Shown here in pieces: positions 45,979-56,083 of a DNA stretch of 64,000 nucleotides. Positions within the stretch are counted from its first letter, which is position 1. The number at the start of each line of letters is the position of its first letter. The notes under the pieces are model-generated. The model saw only the letters and a list, made by a program, of their open reading frames with translations. It was not told where the DNA came from and made no database searches. Location of the stretch: the IMG/VR virus record IMGVR_UViG_3300036770_005214, positions 1 through 64,000 of that record. One strand, written 5' to 3'. This DNA comes from a virus. The translations under genes were made by a program, and so were the position numbers.

Positions 45979-48549
45979 ATGGCCCGACAAGGGACGCTCA
46001 CTCCGGCGGAGATCGCGCCTGCGATCCGCTACATGAAAGACCTCGGCGTGTCGGAGGTGGCGCGGAGTCGGCGGGGGTTCCTGCACCGCTTCATGGCGAT
46101 GGATGGAGACTGGGAGTCGCTTGGCACCGACCGGCACTCGGGCCAGGACTGGCAGGACCGGCAGCGGAACTTTGTGGCGCGTCACTGGACGCAGATCCGC
46201 GAACGCAAAGAGCCCCTGTGGACGACGCACAAGGGCGAGCGCATCCCGACGCGCCATCATCTCGCCTTGATCGCCTGGGCCTGGACGCCGGACATTGAGG
46301 CGTACCGCAAGTGGCTGAAGGGCTTGGAGGCGCAACCGAGCAAGGCGGAGCGCCTGATGGCTCCCGGCTACCGCTCGTGGGCCTGGACGCAACAAGACTG
46401 GCGCTCGGTCGTGAAGGGTCCGGGGGGCCGGCTCGACTGGTCGCGGCAGTGTGGCGCAGAGGGGACGCGGGACGCCTCGGGCAAGCCCGCCCTGTGCCTG
46501 CCGGTCGCGGTCATCGAAGAGTTGGTGAGCGAGGGCGAGTCGGGCCGGCGCATCCTCCGCCAGCAGGTCGAGAAGAAGGCCGCCGCCAAGAAGGGGCAAC
46601 GCGTCCCCTGGCATCCCCGCATCGCCGAACTGTGGAACCGCGTCGAGGCCGACACGGAGCCCGACCGGCTGGCCGCCAAGAAGCAGCCCGGCCTCCGGGT
46701 GCAGTCGCTCCTCTTCGACCGCGACGTGTTCACCAAGACGGACGCTCGCAAGTGGGTCAAGAGCCACGGGTTTGTGGACCTCGGCGTGGACGAGAAGCCG
46801 AACACATGGCGCTTTCGCCAGCATGAGCCCACCGAACACGAACGAGACAGCTTCCGCACCATCTACTTCCGCCCTGGAGTGCAAGCCGTGGTCGCTCGAC
46901 CTGATGTGGAACGGATGCAGACCTACCGCGACGTGGAAGGGATGACGGAGGAGTCGTCCCCGTACTGGGAGATGGGCTACGCGGCCCAGATGCCGACGGC
47001 AGAGCAGTCCGACTACATGGAAGCGCACCCAGCACTGTGGGATGCCTACATGGAGGGGCTGTCTGCCGGTCCGCAGATCTCGGTCATGCCCGAGCGCCCC
47101 ATCGGCTCCTACCCAGACGAGGACCGCATCATCACCGTGTTCGTCGAGCAGGATGCCGACGGCCGGTGGAGCGTCGTCGAGCAAGGCAACAAGGGCACCT
47201 CGCGCCTTCCGGTCCCGGTGCTGTGGGGCTACCAGAGCGAAGAAGAAGCCACCCGCGGGGGCCGTGACCACCTCGCCCAGATGGGCCAGCCCACCGAAGA
47301 GCGGTGCATGTGCGGGCGGACGCTCCACACCCCCCTGGCGCCTGTCGAGCGGCTAGACCGGGTGCGGCGCTCGCAGGTCGCCAAGCGGCGCGAGCAAGCC
47401 CAGGTGTTCTTCCTGATGGAGCCCAGCGCCCACACCCAATGGCTCGCGGGGCGTTCGGGCCTCTCGCCCGATGCGGTGCGGGAGTACGACGCCGCCCTCG
47501 TCCGCAGCGCCAAGACGGCGCAGACCTACACGGTCGGGATGCTCCAGGCCATGTTCACCGGCGGGGCGCTCCGCGTGACCCGGAGCGGGACCTCCCTCGT
47601 GCTGGACGGCAAGGTGCTGATGGCGCACGAGCAGGCTCGCGACGCGTTGGTGAGCCCCTTCGGTGCGCGGCCCAGCATCTTCACGCAGACCACCAAGATG
47701 AGTTGCCCTTCCTTCTCGCTCCCCGCAGGGCCCCCCAGCATCGGCGGCACCTGTGCGCTCGCGAACCACGCCCCCAACGGTCCGGGCGCTGAGGAGCTAC
47801 GAATCTGCTCCAACTGCTACGCGCTCAAGGGGAACTACATGCAGGCCGAAGTGATGGTCGGCCAACTGTTCCGCTTGGCGTGGGTCCACCGGCTCGTCAA
47901 GGGCGATCCCTCGGGGGCGATGTTCGCTCGCGAGATGACCACCGCCATGAACCTGCTCGCGGACCAGGGACCGTCCGAATCGAGCCTGCGGGCCCGTCCC
48001 AATCTGGAGTACGGCGTCATCCGTGCGGGCAAGCTCACCTACAACGCCGGGCGCAGTGCTCGCGTGCTGCCGGCCCATCCGCTCCTCTCCGGTGCGTCGA
48101 GCCAGGAAGGCTTCGACGAGCTTCCCGATGGGACCGTGGCGGGCTACTTCCGCGGGCACGACTCCGGGGACTTCTCGGTGCTCACGGGCGATGACTCGCT
48201 CGGCTACGTCCGAGGCTGGCAGCAGGTCATCGCGGCCTTCCCGCATGTCCACTTCTGGTTTCCAACGCGGCTGTGGAGGATGAAGGGGGGAGCGACGCGG
48301 AACGCGCTCGACAACTTGGCGACCGAGCCGAACCTCGCCCTTCGCCCGAGCGCCCTGTACGTCAACGACCCGCCGCCCATACAGAACGGGTGGGCGGTTG
48401 GCACCACGGCGAACACGCCGAACGCGGACGTCCCCGAGGAGGTTTGGCGTTGCCCGGTGCAAGACGAGGACAAGTCGTCGTGCGCCTCGACTCGGTGTAG
48501 GACGTGCTGGCTGCGCAAGTCGGTCGGCGTGACCTACGGAAAGCACTAG
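45979..48549 (+). CDS. Multidomain protein with C-terminal GP88-like Fe-S domain
   Basis: TKMSCPSFSLPAG...C...ICSNCYALKGNY...YFRGHDSGDF...FWFPTR...CP...CRTCW. Start reassigned to ATG 45979. Confidence 0.75.
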   Translation: MARQGTLTPAEIAPAIRYMKDLGVSEVARSRRGFLHRFMAMDGDWESLGTDRHSGQDWQDRQRNFVARHWTQIRERKEPLWTTHKGERIPTRHHLALIAWAWTPDIEAYRKWLKGLEAQPSKAERLMAPGYRSWAWTQQDWRSVVKGPGGRLDWSRQCGAEGTRDASGKPALCLPVAVIEELVSEGESGRRILRQQVEKKAAAKKGQRVPWHPRIAELWNRVEADTEPDRLAAKKQPGLRVQSLLFDRDVFTKTDARKWVKSHGFVDLGVDEKPNTWRFRQHEPTEHERDSFRTIYFRPGVQAVVARPDVERMQTYRDVEGMTEESSPYWEMGYAAQMPTAEQSDYMEAHPALWDAYMEGLSAGPQISVMPERPIGSYPDEDRIITVFVEQDADGRWSVVEQGNKGTSRLPVPVLWGYQSEEEATRGGRDHLAQMGQPTEERCMCGRTLHTPLAPVERLDRVRRSQVAKRREQAQVFFLMEPSAHTQWLAGRSGLSPDAVREYDAALVRSAKTAQTYTVGMLQAMFTGGALRVTRSGTSLVLDGKVLMAHEQARDALVSPFGARPSIFTQTTKMSCPSFSLPAGPPSIGGTCALANHAPNGPGAEELRICSNCYALKGNYMQAEVMVGQLFRLAWVHRLVKGDPSGAMFAREMTTAMNLLADQGPSESSLRARPNLEYGVIRAGKLTYNAGRSARVLPAHPLLSGASSQEGFDELPDGTVAGYFRGHDSGDFSVLTGDDSLGYVRGWQQVIAAFPHVHFWFPTRLWRMKGGATRNALDNLATEPNLALRPSALYVNDPPPIQNGWAVGTTANTPNADVPEEVWRCPVQDEDKSSCASTRCRTCWLRKSVGVTYGKH

Positions 48550-48565
48550 CAGCAGGAAGGATGGC

Positions 48566-49012
48566 ATGACGACGAAAGAGATTGAGTACGAGAAGACCGA
48601 AGACGGGTTCGACGTGTTGGACCGGGCTGAAGTCTACGCGAGCCGCCCGTATGCGGGGGACAGCTACACCCAGTTCCGGGTGCCGCTGACTCACCAGCCG
48701 GTGCGCGTCGAGGTCAAGTATGAGGGCGAGACGGGCGTTGGCATCCGTAGCGCCTGGAGCATCGGCAACGACCGCAACGTCCTGATGAACGGGCGCCCGG
48801 TCGTCGTGCCCGACGACGCGACCAAGCGCGACTACCCGCTGCTCACGCCCACCCATTCCTGGTGGTGCAAGGATGCGGGAGCGGTCAACGTGCGCTATCT
48901 CGGCGTCGAGACCGACCTGCCCCCCGGCTTGCTCCCCGCGCCCGTCGGAAAGGGCTACATCGACCAGTATTGCAAGATGACCGTCCTGCTGGTTGGTCAG
49001 CGGCGCAGTTGA
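48566..49012 (+). CDS. Hypothetical protein
   Basis: GGAAGG RBS, compact beta-rich ORF. Confidence 0.6.
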   Translation: MTTKEIEYEKTEDGFDVLDRAEVYASRPYAGDSYTQFRVPLTHQPVRVEVKYEGETGVGIRSAWSIGNDRNVLMNGRPVVVPDDATKRDYPLLTPTHSWWCKDAGAVNVRYLGVETDLPPGLLPAPVGKGYIDQYCKMTVLLVGQRRS

Positions 49013-49057
49013 CCGCGTGAACCCTCGGGGCTACCATGCGTGCCCTGGGGGTTTGGG

Positions 49058-49156
49058 ATGAGGAGCGGGGAGTTCTGGATTATGGCGATCGCCTCGATGC
49101 TCGGGGCGGGCCTCGGCGTGTACGTCTCGACGGCGCTGACGCAGGTGGCCCGATGA
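49058..49156 (+). CDS. 32-aa single-TM peptide
   Basis: MRSGEFWIMAIASMLGAGLGVYVSTALTQVAR. Lies after promoter TTGACC-17-TACCAT and is ATGA-coupled to the next gene. Confidence 0.5.
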   Translation: MRSGEFWIMAIASMLGAGLGVYVSTALTQVAR

Positions 49157-49344
49157 CGTGGGACACCGTTCACGACATTCTGGTCGAGGCCGAGTTGCGG
49201 CGTCAGGCACAAGAGGCGCGGGCTCGGGGCGACGTCTGCCCGGTGTGTCGCGGTGCGAGTCGCGCCGGCTTGCTTTGCGGTGAATGTGCAGCCGCGAAGC
49301 GCGCTCCGTACCGGCCGGTCGACTACGACGAGGATCGGGTGTAG
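49153..49344 (+). CDS. Small Zn-finger protein
   Basis: CPVC...LCGEC. Confidence 0.55.
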   Translation: MTWDTVHDILVEAELRRQAQEARARGDVCPVCRGASRAGLLCGECAAAKRAPYRPVDYDEDRV

Positions 49345-49401
49345 CCACGCCCTTGCGCTCCGGTGCCCTCCGGGCTACGACGGACGAGGAAGGATGGAAC
49401 C

Positions 49402-49809
49402 ATGAACGAAGCACCGGAGCCGGCCGGATCGGTCGTGCTCGACCTGCACATACCACCGAGTACGCGGGATGACATTCGCGAGCGGCTGACCGAGATTGTT
49501 GGTCCGCTCACGTTTCCCTCCTTGTCGGTCCGCGAGCGCATCCGGGAGGTCCTGCACGCCGAGCGGGTCATCGTCCCCGTGTTCGCGCAGAGCCAGCACA
49601 CCATCGGGTTCTCGATCCCGTCCTACGACTACCACGCCCTCACGGCGCGGCTGATCTCGGACTACCGGCGTGACCCGCTGGGGGGATCGAACCCGCAGGT
49701 AGTGTCGGTAGATGGTCAGGGGTCTTGGACCATCTACCAGACCTTCCAATCGGCTCCCGATGAGGAGGGCCGGCAAATGTACTCCCTTTACGCTGAACGA
49801 GGTGCCTGA
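49402..49809 (+). CDS. Hypothetical protein
   Basis: Promoter and RBS upstream; coupled to the Rad50-like gene. Confidence 0.6.
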   Translation: MNEAPEPAGSVVLDLHIPPSTRDDIRERLTEIVGPLTFPSLSVRERIREVLHAERVIVPVFAQSQHTIGFSIPSYDYHALTARLISDYRRDPLGGSNPQVVSVDGQGSWTIYQTFQSAPDEEGRQMYSLYAERGA

Positions 49810-51743
49810 TGCTTCACTTCACAGAGTTGTCGACGACGGTTGGATGGAAGCCGGGGCGGTGGCAGGCCGTTCCGCTGGGTCCGCGGGTGGTGGTGATCGG
49901 CAAGAACACGGCCGGCAAGTCTCGGCTGATCACTGCCCTCTCGCTGCTCGTCTCGGGCAAGGCACCGGGTGAGGTGTTCGGAAAGGAGGCCGAGGTCGCG
50001 CTGAGCAGTGACCTCGCCATGCTCTACCCGACCGACGACACCGAGACCTGGGGCCGCACGAGCGACGGGCGCCGCTTGCAGCCGACCAAGGGAGGCTCCC
50101 CCTGGGTGCATCCCATCCGCCACATCACGGGCTCGCTGCGCAAGCCGAGCATCGCGGACACGTTCCTGGGCCAGTTTATCATCGACCCGAAGGCGGACGT
50201 CAGCGCGTTGATCCCGTCCTTCTATGCGGACGAGGCGAAGGCGAACAGCAGCCGCCCGAAGGTGCCGAGCACGGTCAACGAACTTCTCTCCGCCCTCTCT
50301 TCCGCGTCCGAGCACATCCGGGGGCTGAATCAGGCGGTGAAGCAGGCCGAAGACGGCCTCTCCAACAACAACGCCATCGCGGACGTATCAAACGACCAGA
50401 TCTCCGCCGCCGCAGCCCTCGTGCAAGCCCTGGAGCACGACCTAAGCACGGTGCAGCAGCGGACCGCCCTCGCGTCGACCCGCGAGCAGGCGATGCAGGC
50501 GAAGCAGCAGCGGGACAACCGCCTCGCCGAGATCGCCGAGCAGACCGCCCAGATGGAGCCGATGCTCGCGCAGTACGACGCGGAGATCGGTCGCGTCGAG
50601 GCGATGCGCCCGAGCTACGTCGATGCCGTCCGTCAGGCGGAGGTCGGGGCCAACGGCGACCTGTGGCGGGCCATGGCGGCGCTCGACGCGAACAACCCGC
50701 ACTCGCAAGGGTGCCCGGCCTGCGCGAGCAAGATCGATCGAAACGCGTGGCGGAACTGGGTCCAGTACAACGCCGAGCAGGCCGAGAACGCCGTCGTCAA
50801 CGCCCGCCGGGCGCTCTCCGACCTCGACGCCTACCTCGCCCAAGGCAAGACGGGCCGCAGCACGATTGGCGCCAAGTATGACGGGCTGAAGCGAGAGGAG
50901 ACCTGGATCGCCGGGCAGCCCCCGATTGTCATCCCCGAGGTCGGCAACGTGCCCGAGCGTGCGGAGGACGTGGAGAAGCTGCGGGCCGACCTCGCGCAGG
51001 CGAAGCGGGTCCACGCTGACCTCCTCAAGCAGAAGGGAGCGGCCGATCAGGTCGCGACACTCCGCGCTCGCTTGGTCCGCGCCGAGACGGACAGCGTGTG
51101 GTGGAAGGCGTGGCGGGACGCGCTCAACAGCGCCCATGGCATCCTCTTGTCGCGGGGCGTGGCCTCCTTCGAGCAACACGTCCAGCGGTACATGCCGACG
51201 CAGTACACCTTTCGCCTCATCTTGGAGAAGCCGCAGGGCGCTGCGACCTTCCGCTTCGGGCTCGAAACGGACGGCGATAAGCACATCATCGTGTCGGGTG
51301 CGCAGCGGGCGTTGATCTTGTTCGCCCTCGCGGCCACCTGCCTCGACCGCTTGCCCCCCGAGGACCGCCCGCAGATGCCCGTGCTGATGCTCGACGAAGA
51401 GCGGGCGATCGACGGCGAGCACCTGACCATGCTCATGCAGGCGCTCTCCGCCGCCCCCTATCAGGTGGTCGTGACGAGCATCGTGGGCCCGGTCAAGGCG
51501 GTGGACGGCTGGCAGGTGCTCGACCTGTCGACCGTCTCTCCCACGGGCGACGTGGCGCTCACCAGCGAGGTCAAGAAGACCCGCAAGCCGAGCACGCGGA
51601 AGAAGGCCGATGCCCTCGTGACCGCGGACCCGTACTTCGACGCCGGGCTCCCGCTCGCCTCCGGGGGCGTAGCCGCGCCATCCGACACCGTTCCGGCCGT
51701 CTCCGATGGCGAGTTGGACTCACTGATGCCGCGGCTTGTGTAG
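49809..51743 (+). CDS. Rad50/SbcC-like ABC ATPase
   Basis: IGKNTAGKS, coiled coil with CPAC zinc hook, VSGAQ signature and MLDEE Walker B. Confidence 0.85.
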   Translation: MLHFTELSTTVGWKPGRWQAVPLGPRVVVIGKNTAGKSRLITALSLLVSGKAPGEVFGKEAEVALSSDLAMLYPTDDTETWGRTSDGRRLQPTKGGSPWVHPIRHITGSLRKPSIADTFLGQFIIDPKADVSALIPSFYADEAKANSSRPKVPSTVNELLSALSSASEHIRGLNQAVKQAEDGLSNNNAIADVSNDQISAAAALVQALEHDLSTVQQRTALASTREQAMQAKQQRDNRLAEIAEQTAQMEPMLAQYDAEIGRVEAMRPSYVDAVRQAEVGANGDLWRAMAALDANNPHSQGCPACASKIDRNAWRNWVQYNAEQAENAVVNARRALSDLDAYLAQGKTGRSTIGAKYDGLKREETWIAGQPPIVIPEVGNVPERAEDVEKLRADLAQAKRVHADLLKQKGAADQVATLRARLVRAETDSVWWKAWRDALNSAHGILLSRGVASFEQHVQRYMPTQYTFRLILEKPQGAATFRFGLETDGDKHIIVSGAQRALILFALAATCLDRLPPEDRPQMPVLMLDEERAIDGEHLTMLMQALSAAPYQVVVTSIVGPVKAVDGWQVLDLSTVSPTGDVALTSEVKKTRKPSTRKKADALVTADPYFDAGLPLASGGVAAPSDTVPAVSDGELDSLMPRLV

Positions 51744-51803
51744 CGGTCGGGTGGACACACGCCGCCGCTCCCGGTAGGAAGGAAGGGGTATAAGGGGTCG
51801 AAA

Positions 51804-54800
51804 ATGAGCTACGCGGACGCACAACGCCGGAAGCACGCCTACCTGTCGTGGATGCTCCGCACAGGTCCCACCCAAGACCCCAAGCGGATGCCGAATCCGA
51901 AGTCCCTCTCTGCACCCTCCAGTCTCATCTGGACTGTCTTGAAGCGGGATGGGAAGTACCTCCCCTATGTGTCCAATGGGCATGTGCTCTTTCCCGGGAT
52001 CTACGACAAGGTGAAGGACGGTGCAAGTAAGCACTTGCACTACCCGAACGAGCAAGACCTCTACCGCCAACTGCACGAGATGGGTGAGGCGCGAAAACTG
52101 CCAGAATGGGCAGGGGAAGACTGGCACTACGTCTCTTCGGGAACAGTGGAGAGCTTGATCCGCGCCGCCGGGGAGGACGCAAACGTCCTTTCCAACCCGA
52201 ACATGGAAGCCCTGTTTCCGGTCCGACTTCGGGACACCGCGAACGGCAAGGAGATGGAGTTCGTTTGGCCGGTCGAGGTCTACGGAAGCCGGCCGGTGTC
52301 TGCTCTTCTGCGCCCCTACGCCGAGATGGTCACCCCCGTTCTGGGGAAGGTCACCAAAGCCTACCTCCCGCGCGGGGGCAGGTCCCCCTTCCGCTTCGAG
52401 AACGATGATGGCGAGGTGTTCCTTGTCATGCCCGCCAACCTTCCCATGACAGAAGAGGAGAGGGAAGCCAAGCGGCAAGTAGAGGAAGAAGAGAACCGCA
52501 AGCGCATGGAGCGTGCTGCCGAGGAGAAGCGGCAAGAAAAGGAGAGGAAGCGGCAGGAAGAGGAGAAGAAGGCCAAGCTCGAAGACACGGACGGCTACGC
52601 GGACCAGTTCGGCAAGCTACGCCGTGGGACCATCGTGAAGTCCCTGCTGGGAAAGATCCGAACCAACACCTTCGGGATCCTCTCTCTCCGAGATCTCATC
52701 CGCAAGCTGGTCAAGGAAGGCTACAGGGTCAAGGTCATCTCGGGAGATCGGGTCATCTCCAACGGTGAGGGTTTCTGGTGGGAGAAGGACCTGGGCAAGA
52801 TTTCCCTCGACTACGCCGAATGGTTGATCGAGAAAGGATACGGTCCTGCGCAGTCCGAACCCGAGCCCACCCCGAGCGACCTCCCTTCGCTGTCTCCCGA
52901 AGAAGAGGCACACTTGTTTGGCGAGGCCCCTGTTGAACCCGCACCAGCGGTCCCGCTCCCGGTGCAGTCGATCTCCCCGGTGACAAAGCACGTCAACGGC
53001 TTTCTCGCCTTCCTGGCGGCGCAGGGCATCTCCTACCCCTATGCGGCGTCCCTGTTGGCGGCGTCCAGTTGGTACAGCACGCACCGCGACCATCACCACC
53101 TTCCGATCGGCCCTTTCGATCCGCTCCCGCCCTTCAACCCCGAGATTGCCGAGCACCGCAAGCTGTCCCAGAAAGGGGTGGAGTATCAGATCGGGAAGTC
53201 CCCGATGTTGTTCCAGGGCTTCGACGGTCAACGCAAGGTCGCGCTCCTCCGAGAGCTAGGCGACCTCGCGCAAGTGGTCGCCTACGGAATCAACCTAAAG
53301 GTCCCTCTGACCGGCGCCTGCCTCGTCGTGGGGCTTGTGCCTCTCCTAGAGGACCGTTGGGCTGCGGCCGGCTATTCGGAGGGCGACGTCGAGTTGTCCG
53401 AGGCCGCCGTCCGCGAGTACCCCTGGCTCTGGAAGCACCTCAAGAAGCGCCTCACCACAGCACCCGTCACCGAGCCCAGCGTGGGCCCGATCGATATGCC
53501 CGATATGCCGGCGGGCACCACGGCCCCCGAAGAGCCCATGGGGCAACTCTACGAACCCGAGCCCTACTACACGGACACGCCCGAGCCCGAACCGGAGCCC
53601 GAACCGGAGCCCGAGCCGGAACCGGAGCCCGAGCCGGAGCCCGGGCCTCCCCGCATCTCCAATGAAGCAGTGTACCACGCCGGAGTTAAGCCGCTGACTC
53701 CGACCCAGCAGCCGGGTGTAGCACTTGCGTCGGACGGAAGCGTCGTCACGCTCACAAACGAGTACGTCAGGCAGCAGCGGGCGACCATGCAGCCGCCTCC
53801 TGGGGAAGCGAACGTACTGAAGCAGCACATCCGCTACAATCCTCCTTACGATGACCCGCAGGTCATCGACAACGCCAGGGTGACGGGCAAAGCCCAGGTC
53901 TCTGACCACGCCACGATCTCCGGGAACGCCCAAGTGTGGGACATCGCGAGCGTGCGAGGTCGGGCGACGGTGACCGACAACGCCAAGGTCTTTGGGGGCG
54001 CCAAGGTGTTCGGCAAAGCCACCATCTCTGGCAACGCTGTCGTCACCGACAGCGCCGAGGTCTGGGACAACGCCGTCGTGACCGAGGATGCCCACATCAT
54101 CGGCAACGCCAAGGTGTTCGGGGACGCGCATATCAGTGGAAAGGCCACGCTGGTCGGCGGTCGGGTGACCGGTAACGCTCGGATCGGCGGGGATGCGCAA
54201 ATCCTCGGGGGCCTTTGGGATGGCTCGGAAGGGGAGATCACCACGGGGATGTGGCACTCGCCGCCCAAGCCCGCCTCTGATGCGCCTCGCAGCGTCGCCC
54301 AACAAGCGGTGGAAGACCTGATCGAAGGCGTCCGCCGAATCGTCGGCGACTACCAGACGACCGGTAAAAGGGAGATTGGGCGGTTCAACAATGAGCTAGT
54401 CCGCCTCGAATGGCGGCGTCTCCGCCCGGGGCAGAAGGCGCGTAGCTACGATCCGCCTGTACCCTATGTCACCTTTGTTATCGGCTGTGACTCCAAGCCG
54501 ATGACGCGGAATGGGGCGTTTCCGAGTTGGAAGCAAGGGGAGGAGCCGGTTGGCAAGCTCTCGGTCGGCGCCAGTGCTCCTTCCGGCTCGTGGGGTCTTC
54601 TGGGGCCGCCCTCACAGATGTCGCCTTACGTCACCCCGGACGGCGGGATGGCGGGACTAAAGCAAGCGATCGACCACATCTTCAAGTGGTTTGAGAGGAA
54701 CAAGAAGGCACTCATCGGTGACTCGCCTCTGCCTGCCCCTTCGGCCCCCGCCGACCCCAACCGCAGCGTTGCTCGGCAGGCGGCTGACGACCTGATCGAA

Positions 54801-55664
54801 GGCATCCGGGGGACCGTCGGCGACTACCGGCTGACCGCAAAGCCGGTGACGTTGATCGGAAGCGAATCCATCCTGCTCGACTGGTATCGCCTGCGCCCAG
54901 GGGAGATCCCTGCGCAGAACATCGTCGAGAACGCGCCTGGGTTCCGCATCCGTGTCTCCCTCGCCGACGACGGCATGTGGAGCCCGGGTCAGGCGCCGAA
55001 GGGGAAGATCAAGGTCCAGATGGTCGCCGTTCACGGCTCGCGAGAGGGCTGGGGGCCCAACGGCACGCCCAACATGCGGGCCTACACCACCACCCGCGTT
55101 GGCGTCGAGGGTCTGGAGCAAGCGGTCGCTTACATCCTCAAGTGGTTCCACGGCAACACGAAAGTCCTCGTCGAGGGGCCGCCCGGAGGCTACGCGCCGA
55201 AGCCGAAGCCGACGGAAGGGGCGCCTCCCGTGGTGCGCGAGGTCCAGCGGGTGCGATACTCGACCGGCGGGCCGAAGGTCTACATCGTCGAGAACCCCGC
55301 CCTTGGGATGGAAGACTCCCTCGACTTCGCCACGATCGGCGAGGCGGAGGAGTTTCTGTCCCGCGCGCACAAGGGCGACAAGAACGTGCGGGTGTACGTC
55401 CGCCTGACGTGGCCGGACGGCGCCAACTATGCCGACGAGGTGGAGTGGCCCCGCCAGCAGATCTCCCCCGCCCTCCGCGGCCATCTGGAGCGCAACCTGA
55501 AGGACGACCCGCGCACCGCAGCGGCACGTCAGATGAAGGCTGCCGCACGCCGGATGACCGTGGAAGAACTGGACGCCGAAGCCCGTGGTTTCTTGGACCG
55601 CGATTGGGGGGTGTCCACGGAGTCCATGCGGGCGTATCGTCGGCAGTGGAAGGGGGGAAGGTGA
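51804..55664 (+). CDS. Large mosaic protein (1286 aa)
   Basis: Coiled coil, (PE)n linker, hexapeptide left-handed beta-helix repeats and a duplicated domain of about 140 aa. Confidence 0.75.
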   Translation: MSYADAQRRKHAYLSWMLRTGPTQDPKRMPNPKSLSAPSSLIWTVLKRDGKYLPYVSNGHVLFPGIYDKVKDGASKHLHYPNEQDLYRQLHEMGEARKLPEWAGEDWHYVSSGTVESLIRAAGEDANVLSNPNMEALFPVRLRDTANGKEMEFVWPVEVYGSRPVSALLRPYAEMVTPVLGKVTKAYLPRGGRSPFRFENDDGEVFLVMPANLPMTEEEREAKRQVEEEENRKRMERAAEEKRQEKERKRQEEEKKAKLEDTDGYADQFGKLRRGTIVKSLLGKIRTNTFGILSLRDLIRKLVKEGYRVKVISGDRVISNGEGFWWEKDLGKISLDYAEWLIEKGYGPAQSEPEPTPSDLPSLSPEEEAHLFGEAPVEPAPAVPLPVQSISPVTKHVNGFLAFLAAQGISYPYAASLLAASSWYSTHRDHHHLPIGPFDPLPPFNPEIAEHRKLSQKGVEYQIGKSPMLFQGFDGQRKVALLRELGDLAQVVAYGINLKVPLTGACLVVGLVPLLEDRWAAAGYSEGDVELSEAAVREYPWLWKHLKKRLTTAPVTEPSVGPIDMPDMPAGTTAPEEPMGQLYEPEPYYTDTPEPEPEPEPEPEPEPEPEPEPGPPRISNEAVYHAGVKPLTPTQQPGVALASDGSVVTLTNEYVRQQRATMQPPPGEANVLKQHIRYNPPYDDPQVIDNARVTGKAQVSDHATISGNAQVWDIASVRGRATVTDNAKVFGGAKVFGKATISGNAVVTDSAEVWDNAVVTEDAHIIGNAKVFGDAHISGKATLVGGRVTGNARIGGDAQILGGLWDGSEGEITTGMWHSPPKPASDAPRSVAQQAVEDLIEGVRRIVGDYQTTGKREIGRFNNELVRLEWRRLRPGQKARSYDPPVPYVTFVIGCDSKPMTRNGAFPSWKQGEEPVGKLSVGASAPSGSWGLLGPPSQMSPYVTPDGGMAGLKQAIDHIFKWFERNKKALIGDSPLPAPSAPADPNRSVARQAADDLIEGIRGTVGDYRLTAKPVTLIGSESILLDWYRLRPGEIPAQNIVENAPGFRIRVSLADDGMWSPGQAPKGKIKVQMVAVHGSREGWGPNGTPNMRAYTTTRVGVEGLEQAVAYILKWFHGNTKVLVEGPPGGYAPKPKPTEGAPPVVREVQRVRYSTGGPKVYIVENPALGMEDSLDFATIGEAEEFLSRAHKGDKNVRVYVRLTWPDGANYADEVEWPRQQISPALRGHLERNLKDDPRTAAARQMKAAARRMTVEELDAEARGFLDRDWGVSTESMRAYRRQWKGGR

Positions 55665-56083
55665 CAGCAGGTGAGTGCTATCAAATCGATCTCGGGAGGC
55701 AACGGATTGACTCGAAAGGCTGGGGGGTGAGCCTTTCGATGCAGCCGGGTACGACGCTGGAGGGCGTGTACCTCATCGTCTCCAAGAGCAAGGGCAAGAC
55801 CCGAGCGATGATCAAGGCGGACGGGCGTGTCCAGGTCTGCCGGACCTACACGCTGGAAGCGCAGAACCAGCACGCCATCCCCCGGTTCGATGGCAAGCCG
55901 TCGAGCATCTACCAGTACGGCCTCGACTGCACAGACGAGAGCGGCCGGCACATCTTCCGGGGGTCGACGCTCGCCATCGCCCTGGAGCAGCCCGACGGGC
56001 CGCCTGCGGAGGCGCTGGTGCTCGTGCGATGGCTCGGGCGTCCAGGTGCGGTCCGCGTTCTTTGCATGAGCGACGAGAACTAG
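55661..56083 (+). CDS. Hypothetical protein
   Basis: GTGA-coupled start at 55661. Confidence 0.55.
   Translation: MTAGECYQIDLGRQRIDSKGWGVSLSMQPGTTLEGVYLIVSKSKGKTRAMIKADGRVQVCRTYTLEAQNQHAIPRFDGKPSSIYQYGLDCTDESGRHIFRGSTLAIALEQPDGPPAEALVLVRWLGRPGAVRVLCMSDEN

Noticed and set aside
49036-49344. ORF-track start at ATG 49036
   Set aside because: That ATG overlaps the -10 box (TACCAT) of the predicted promoter. Two coupled small ORFs (49058 and 49153) fit better.
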